The notes beneath the pieces were generated by a model that saw nothing but the letters and a program-made list of their open reading frames with translations, was not told where the DNA came from and made no database searches. A stretch of DNA of 48,043 nucleotides, from sequence record SRR9188676_3046. The stretch is one strand, 5' to 3'. Both the position numbers and the translations under genes were made by a program. Positions 44,023-48,043 of the stretch are shown piece after piece; position 1 is the first letter of the stretch, and every line of letters begins with the position of its first letter.

Positions 44023-47000
44023 TTATTTCCCTCTTTTTAACTTAATGTATTCTGTAGGCGAAATTTCGTATTTGATTTTAAAGGCACGAGTAAAATAATT
44101 TGGATTTGAAAAGCCAGCTTCATAAGCAATTTGTGAAACTTTCATATCACTTTTTTCAAGTAGCGGCAAGGCTTTAGTCAATTTAATAGAACGGATATAC
44201 TCTATCGGCGTTTCTCCAGTAATCTTCAAGAGTTTACTGTAAAGTGTACCTCTACTCATATTCATTATCTGGCTTAATTCTTCAATAGAAAGCTCAGAAT
44301 CATGAATGTGTTCATCAATGTATTTGTTAATTTTTAATAAAAACTTTTCATCTTCCAAAACAACCTCTGTTTCAGAGGTTTCTATATTAATTTGCTTTTT
44401 ATACGTATTTTTAAAAGTACTGTTTAGCTTTAGCAGATTGTCTATTTTAATGCTAAGAACCTCGAAACTGAATGGCTTGGTCAAATAATCATTTGCTCCT
44501 GTTTTAAGCCCTTCTAGTTGTTCTCCTTCATCTGTCAAAATAGTTAAGAGTATAACGGGAATATGCTTTGTTCTTTCATCTTTTTTTATTTTGTTCACCA
44601 TTTCTATGCCATCCATATTAGGCATATTTACATCACTCACAATGATTTCTGGATGCGATGATAATGCCTTTTGCCAACCCTGTTTTCCATCAGCGGCTTC
44701 AATGATTCTATACTTTGATTTTAAACTTTCTCTTAGAAATATGCGAAGGTCGTAGCTATCGTCCACAATCAGGACTACAGGTTTTTCTGTAATGTCAATT
44801 TCTTCCTCACTCTTGTGTATATACGATAAGTCTTCTGATACTGTTTTTTCGTCCTCTTTATTGGTTTGGTTAATCTTTTGTTGTTCTTGAATAAAAGGGA
44901 AATATAGGGTAAAAACACTTCCTTTATATTCTTCACTTGCTAATTTGATAGTTCCGCCATGTAACTTAACAAACTCCTGAGCAATAGATAAACCAATTCC
45001 ACTACCTTGGTTAAGAATATGGGATGGACTACTTACTTGGAAAAATCTTTCAAAAACTTCTGCCTGCATTTTCTTAGGTATGCCAATGCCCGAATCACCA
45101 ATGATGAGTTCGACACCATTATTTGAAATAGATTTGATGTGACAGTATACATTACCATTTTCGTTGGTAAACTTTATTGCATTTGAGAGTATATTTATCA
45201 AAATACGCTCCATTTTATTTTTATCAAAATAAGTACTGTATTCATCAATAGTACTGGCAAATTCAAGATGGATATTTTTTTCTGAGGCAATATATTTAAA
45301 TGAGTCAAAAATTTCCTTTACCAAAGGAACAAGGTCTTGCAACATTAAATTTAGCTTGAGTTCATTTTCCTCAATTTTCCTGAAATCAAGTAATTGATTA
45401 ACAAGGTTCAAAAGTCTTTTTGAATTTCTATTGATAAGATTTAGCATTTCAATTTTATCATTACTTTTCTCTCGGAACAAAAGATTTTCTACTGGATTCA
45501 AAATTAAAGTAAGGGGCGTTTTTAATTCATGGCTCAAATTGGTCAAGAATTTAATCTTAAGTTGTTCCAATTCCATTTTACGTTCTGCCTCGGTTCTCTC
45601 CTGTTCAAGGGCAAATTCATTTTTTAATTTTTGAACTCCCCTTCTCCTTATCATCCATAAAGTAAATATCAATGCTACCAAATATGCTACATAGGCATAA
45701 TAAGTACGCCAAAATGGTGGGTGAACATTAATAAGAATGGTTTTTTCGGGCGTTTGCCAAGTACCATCCTCACTTTTTACTTTTAGCCTAAAAGTATATT
45801 TTCCGGGGTCAAGATTGGTATAAACGGCTGTCGTAACAGAGCCAACATTGTTCCATTCTTTATCAAAACCTTCAAGCTGATAAGTATATTGGTTTTCATG
45901 CGGAGCAGTGTAATTTAAAGCGACAAAGTCTAAAGAAAAATTTTGTTTATAGCTTAAATTGATTTCTTTGGCTAAAGTAATATCTTCTTTAAGTTCTGTA
46001 TTTTCAATAGGATTAGCTCGTTTATTATTGATTTTTATATCAGTAATTACAACGGGCGGAGTTTTAGTATTTTGAAACAAATGGCTGGGGTTGAAAAAAT
46101 TAAAGCCATCTAGCCCACCAAAATACATTTCTCCTGTTTTTGTTTTGATTCCAGCGCCGACATTGAATGTTGTATTTTGAATACCGTTTCGATAAGTAAA
46201 ATTCTTAAATCTTTTTTTACTTAAATCAAACATCGAAATTCCTTTATTGGTACTCAACCACAGTTTTCCAGCATTATCTTCTAATATTTTATAAATAACA
46301 TTATTAGAAAGTAAGTGTTCTTCTCCATACTGTTCAAATTTTCTTCTTTTTTTATTGTATAAGTATAATCCTTCTCCCCATACACTCACCCATATTCTAT
46401 CCAGTTTATCCGAATAAATACTGAGTATTCTATGAATAGGTAAATTATCTTTCGTTTGATTAAAGGTAATTAATGTATGTTTATCTGAATTATAAATTAT
46501 GAGTCCACTTCCGTTTGAGCCAACCCAAACATTTCCTTCTTTATCTTCTTCAATTGCTGTAATAAAATCATTTAAAGAATACTCTTTTTTGAGTTGTTTA
46601 TCGAGAATATTCGTGAAAGGGACGAATGTACTTGACTCAGCCAAGCAAACATACAAACCTGCACCATTTGTACCAACCCAAATGTTACCCTTCGAGTCCA
46701 CTTTTAGGCAATTAATCACAATAAAGTATTTGTTCAATTTATCTTTAATAGCGAACAGAGGTTTTGTTAGGTGTGTTTTTTCATTGAGGCTAAATATTCC
46801 CTCACTACTTGTGCCAACAATCAAATCATCTCCTTTTTTTTCTAAAGCTGAAATATTTTTAATCTTTCCTTGGGAAGAGTAAATCGCAACATCATGAAAA
46901 ACGTTCTTTTTAGCATCAAAAATATTAAGCCCTCCCCCATCTGTACCAACATAAAGATTCCCTGAAGCACTCTCTGCAAAAGCCATCACAGAAGAGCCTT

Positions 47001-48043
47001 TCAATCCATAACTTTCATTGGAAAGATGAAATCTATGCTGAAAGAAAGCTAAATTTTTATCATACTTATTCACCCCTCCGTTGACGGTAGCAAACCAATT
47101 AATACCATCTTTTCCGATATAAATGTCTTTTATATTATAGCCCGCAAAACTTCCAAATGGATTGTTTTTATCTGGCAAAAGGCTTTTTACTCTAAATGCT
47201 GTATGGTTTTTAATATCAAAAATTGACAAACCATGTTCTGTGCCAACCCAAAGATTGCCATTGCCATCAAAATTAATTTTATTAATGATGTTATTGCTAA
47301 TCGTTAGTTCGTCAGTCTCAATACTTTTAAAACTATCAATTTTTCCTGTGGTGAGATTCAATACATTTAAACCTAAATCAGTACCTATCCATAAATTCCC
47401 GTTTCGGTCTTCCGAAATGGTTCTGACACTATTGTTTGAAAGTGAATTAGAATTATTGTTTTCGTGCACATATTTTTTAATCACTCCTTGATTACAATCA
47501 AGTAAATACAAACCTGATTGTGAACCAACCCAAATCTGCTTTTTACTATCTTCAAAAATACAATAAACCAATTCCGAGGCTACATTTTTTCTATCAACCT
47601 TATACGAACTAAAAGCTTTTGTTTTTCTAGTTTTAGTATCAAAATAAAAAAGTCCATTGTAAGTACCAACCCATATATTGCCCAAATGATCGGAAGAGAG
47701 TGTATGTATCCAGCCTGTTTTTGTAAAATCAAAGTTGGTGAATTTGTCTGAACTCCTATTATATAATGCCAGCGTTAGTTTTGTACCTATCCATAAATTT
47801 CTGTTTTTATCTTCAGTAATAGCCATTACTTCACCTCTTCCTATACTCTCTTTATCATTTTGTTTATGCCTGTAAACGGTAAAATTTTGTCCATCAAATT
47901 TATTAAGTCCGTCTTCAGTACCAAACCACATGAAGCCTAATTTATCTTTATAAATAGCATAAACAGTATTTGAAGCAAGCCCATCTTTGCTATTAATATT
48001 GATAAAATTATAATTTTTTACTTGTCCAAAAGATTGTTGGAAC
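44023..48043 (-). CDS. Hybrid two-component system (beta-propeller, Y_Y_Y, HisKA, HATPase, REC, AraC); 5' end lies beyond the window
   Basis: WIGT propeller repeats, PPFWRT, LSHELKTPL, GSGIGLS, VSDVNMP, IAYEAGFSNPNYF; the frame stays open from 47931 to the window edge (...SKDGLASNTVYAIYKDKLGFMWFGT). Confidence 0.96.
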   Translation of the reverse strand, partial: FQQSFGQVKNYNFININSKDGLASNTVYAIYKDKLGFMWFGTEDGLNKFDGQNFTVYRHKQNDKESIGRGEVMAITEDKNRNLWIGTKLTLALYNRSSDKFTNFDFTKTGWIHTLSSDHLGNIWVGTYNGLFYFDTKTRKTKAFSSYKVDRKNVASELVYCIFEDSKKQIWVGSQSGLYLLDCNQGVIKKYVHENNNSNSLSNNSVRTISEDRNGNLWIGTDLGLNVLNLTTGKIDSFKSIETDELTISNNIINKINFDGNGNLWVGTEHGLSIFDIKNHTAFRVKSLLPDKNNPFGSFAGYNIKDIYIGKDGINWFATVNGGVNKYDKNLAFFQHRFHLSNESYGLKGSSVMAFAESASGNLYVGTDGGGLNIFDAKKNVFHDVAIYSSQGKIKNISALEKKGDDLIVGTSSEGIFSLNEKTHLTKPLFAIKDKLNKYFIVINCLKVDSKGNIWVGTNGAGLYVCLAESSTFVPFTNILDKQLKKEYSLNDFITAIEEDKEGNVWVGSNGSGLIIYNSDKHTLITFNQTKDNLPIHRILSIYSDKLDRIWVSVWGEGLYLYNKKRRKFEQYGEEHLLSNNVIYKILEDNAGKLWLSTNKGISMFDLSKKRFKNFTYRNGIQNTTFNVGAGIKTKTGEMYFGGLDGFNFFNPSHLFQNTKTPPVVITDIKINNKRANPIENTELKEDITLAKEINLSYKQNFSLDFVALNYTAPHENQYTYQLEGFDKEWNNVGSVTTAVYTNLDPGKYTFRLKVKSEDGTWQTPEKTILINVHPPFWRTYYAYVAYLVALIFTLWMIRRRGVQKLKNEFALEQERTEAERKMELEQLKIKFLTNLSHELKTPLTLILNPVENLLFREKSNDKIEMLNLINRNSKRLLNLVNQLLDFRKIEENELKLNLMLQDLVPLVKEIFDSFKYIASEKNIHLEFASTIDEYSTYFDKNKMERILINILSNAIKFTNENGNVYCHIKSISNNGVELIIGDSGIGIPKKMQAEVFERFFQVSSPSHILNQGSGIGLSIAQEFVKLHGGTIKLASEEYKGSVFTLYFPFIQEQQKINQTNKEDEKTVSEDLSYIHKSEEEIDITEKPVVLIVDDSYDLRIFLRESLKSKYRIIEAADGKQGWQKALSSHPEIIVSDVNMPNMDGIEMVNKIKKDERTKHIPVILLTILTDEGEQLEGLKTGANDYLTKPFSFEVLSIKIDNLLKLNSTFKNTYKKQINIETSETEVVLEDEKFLLKINKYIDEHIHDSELSIEELSQIMNMSRGTLYSKLLKITGETPIEYIRSIKLTKALPLLEKSDMKVSQIAYEAGFSNPNYFTRAFKIKYEISPTEYIKLKRGK

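Overview
AT-rich Bacteroidota DNA (SusC/SusD, a hybrid two-component system and LytS/LytTR are typical of the phylum) with two modules. (1) About 0.3-23.7 kb, almost all minus strand: an NHLP (nitrile-hydratase-like leader peptide) RiPP locus. It has five tandem NHLP precursors with mostly unrelated cores and a sixth miniature double-glycine precursor just upstream of a TPR-containing membrane class III adenylyl cyclase. Candidate tailoring genes are a ROX/JmjC-type oxygenase, a stand-alone LanM-type dehydratase with no cyclase domain, a LanC-like protein lacking its zinc ligands and an HExxH protein. It also has an AraC regulator, a cNMP-binding protein, a full type I export set (TolC, HlyD, C39-ABC, second ABC) and a LytS/LytTR pair on the opposite strand. 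A promoter-like motif with identical spacing occurs three times, upstream of the precursor array (twice) and the mini-precursor. The most interesting hypothesis is a peptide-signal/cAMP-controlled RiPP export system making linear, dehydrated and hydroxylated peptides. (2) About 23.9-48 kb: LacI, an aldo-keto reductase and galM, then a xylan-type polysaccharide utilization locus (hybrid two-component system, GH8, four CE1-like esterase genes, SusC/SusD, VCBS lipoprotein). All family assignments come from motif recognition by eye; no searches were run.
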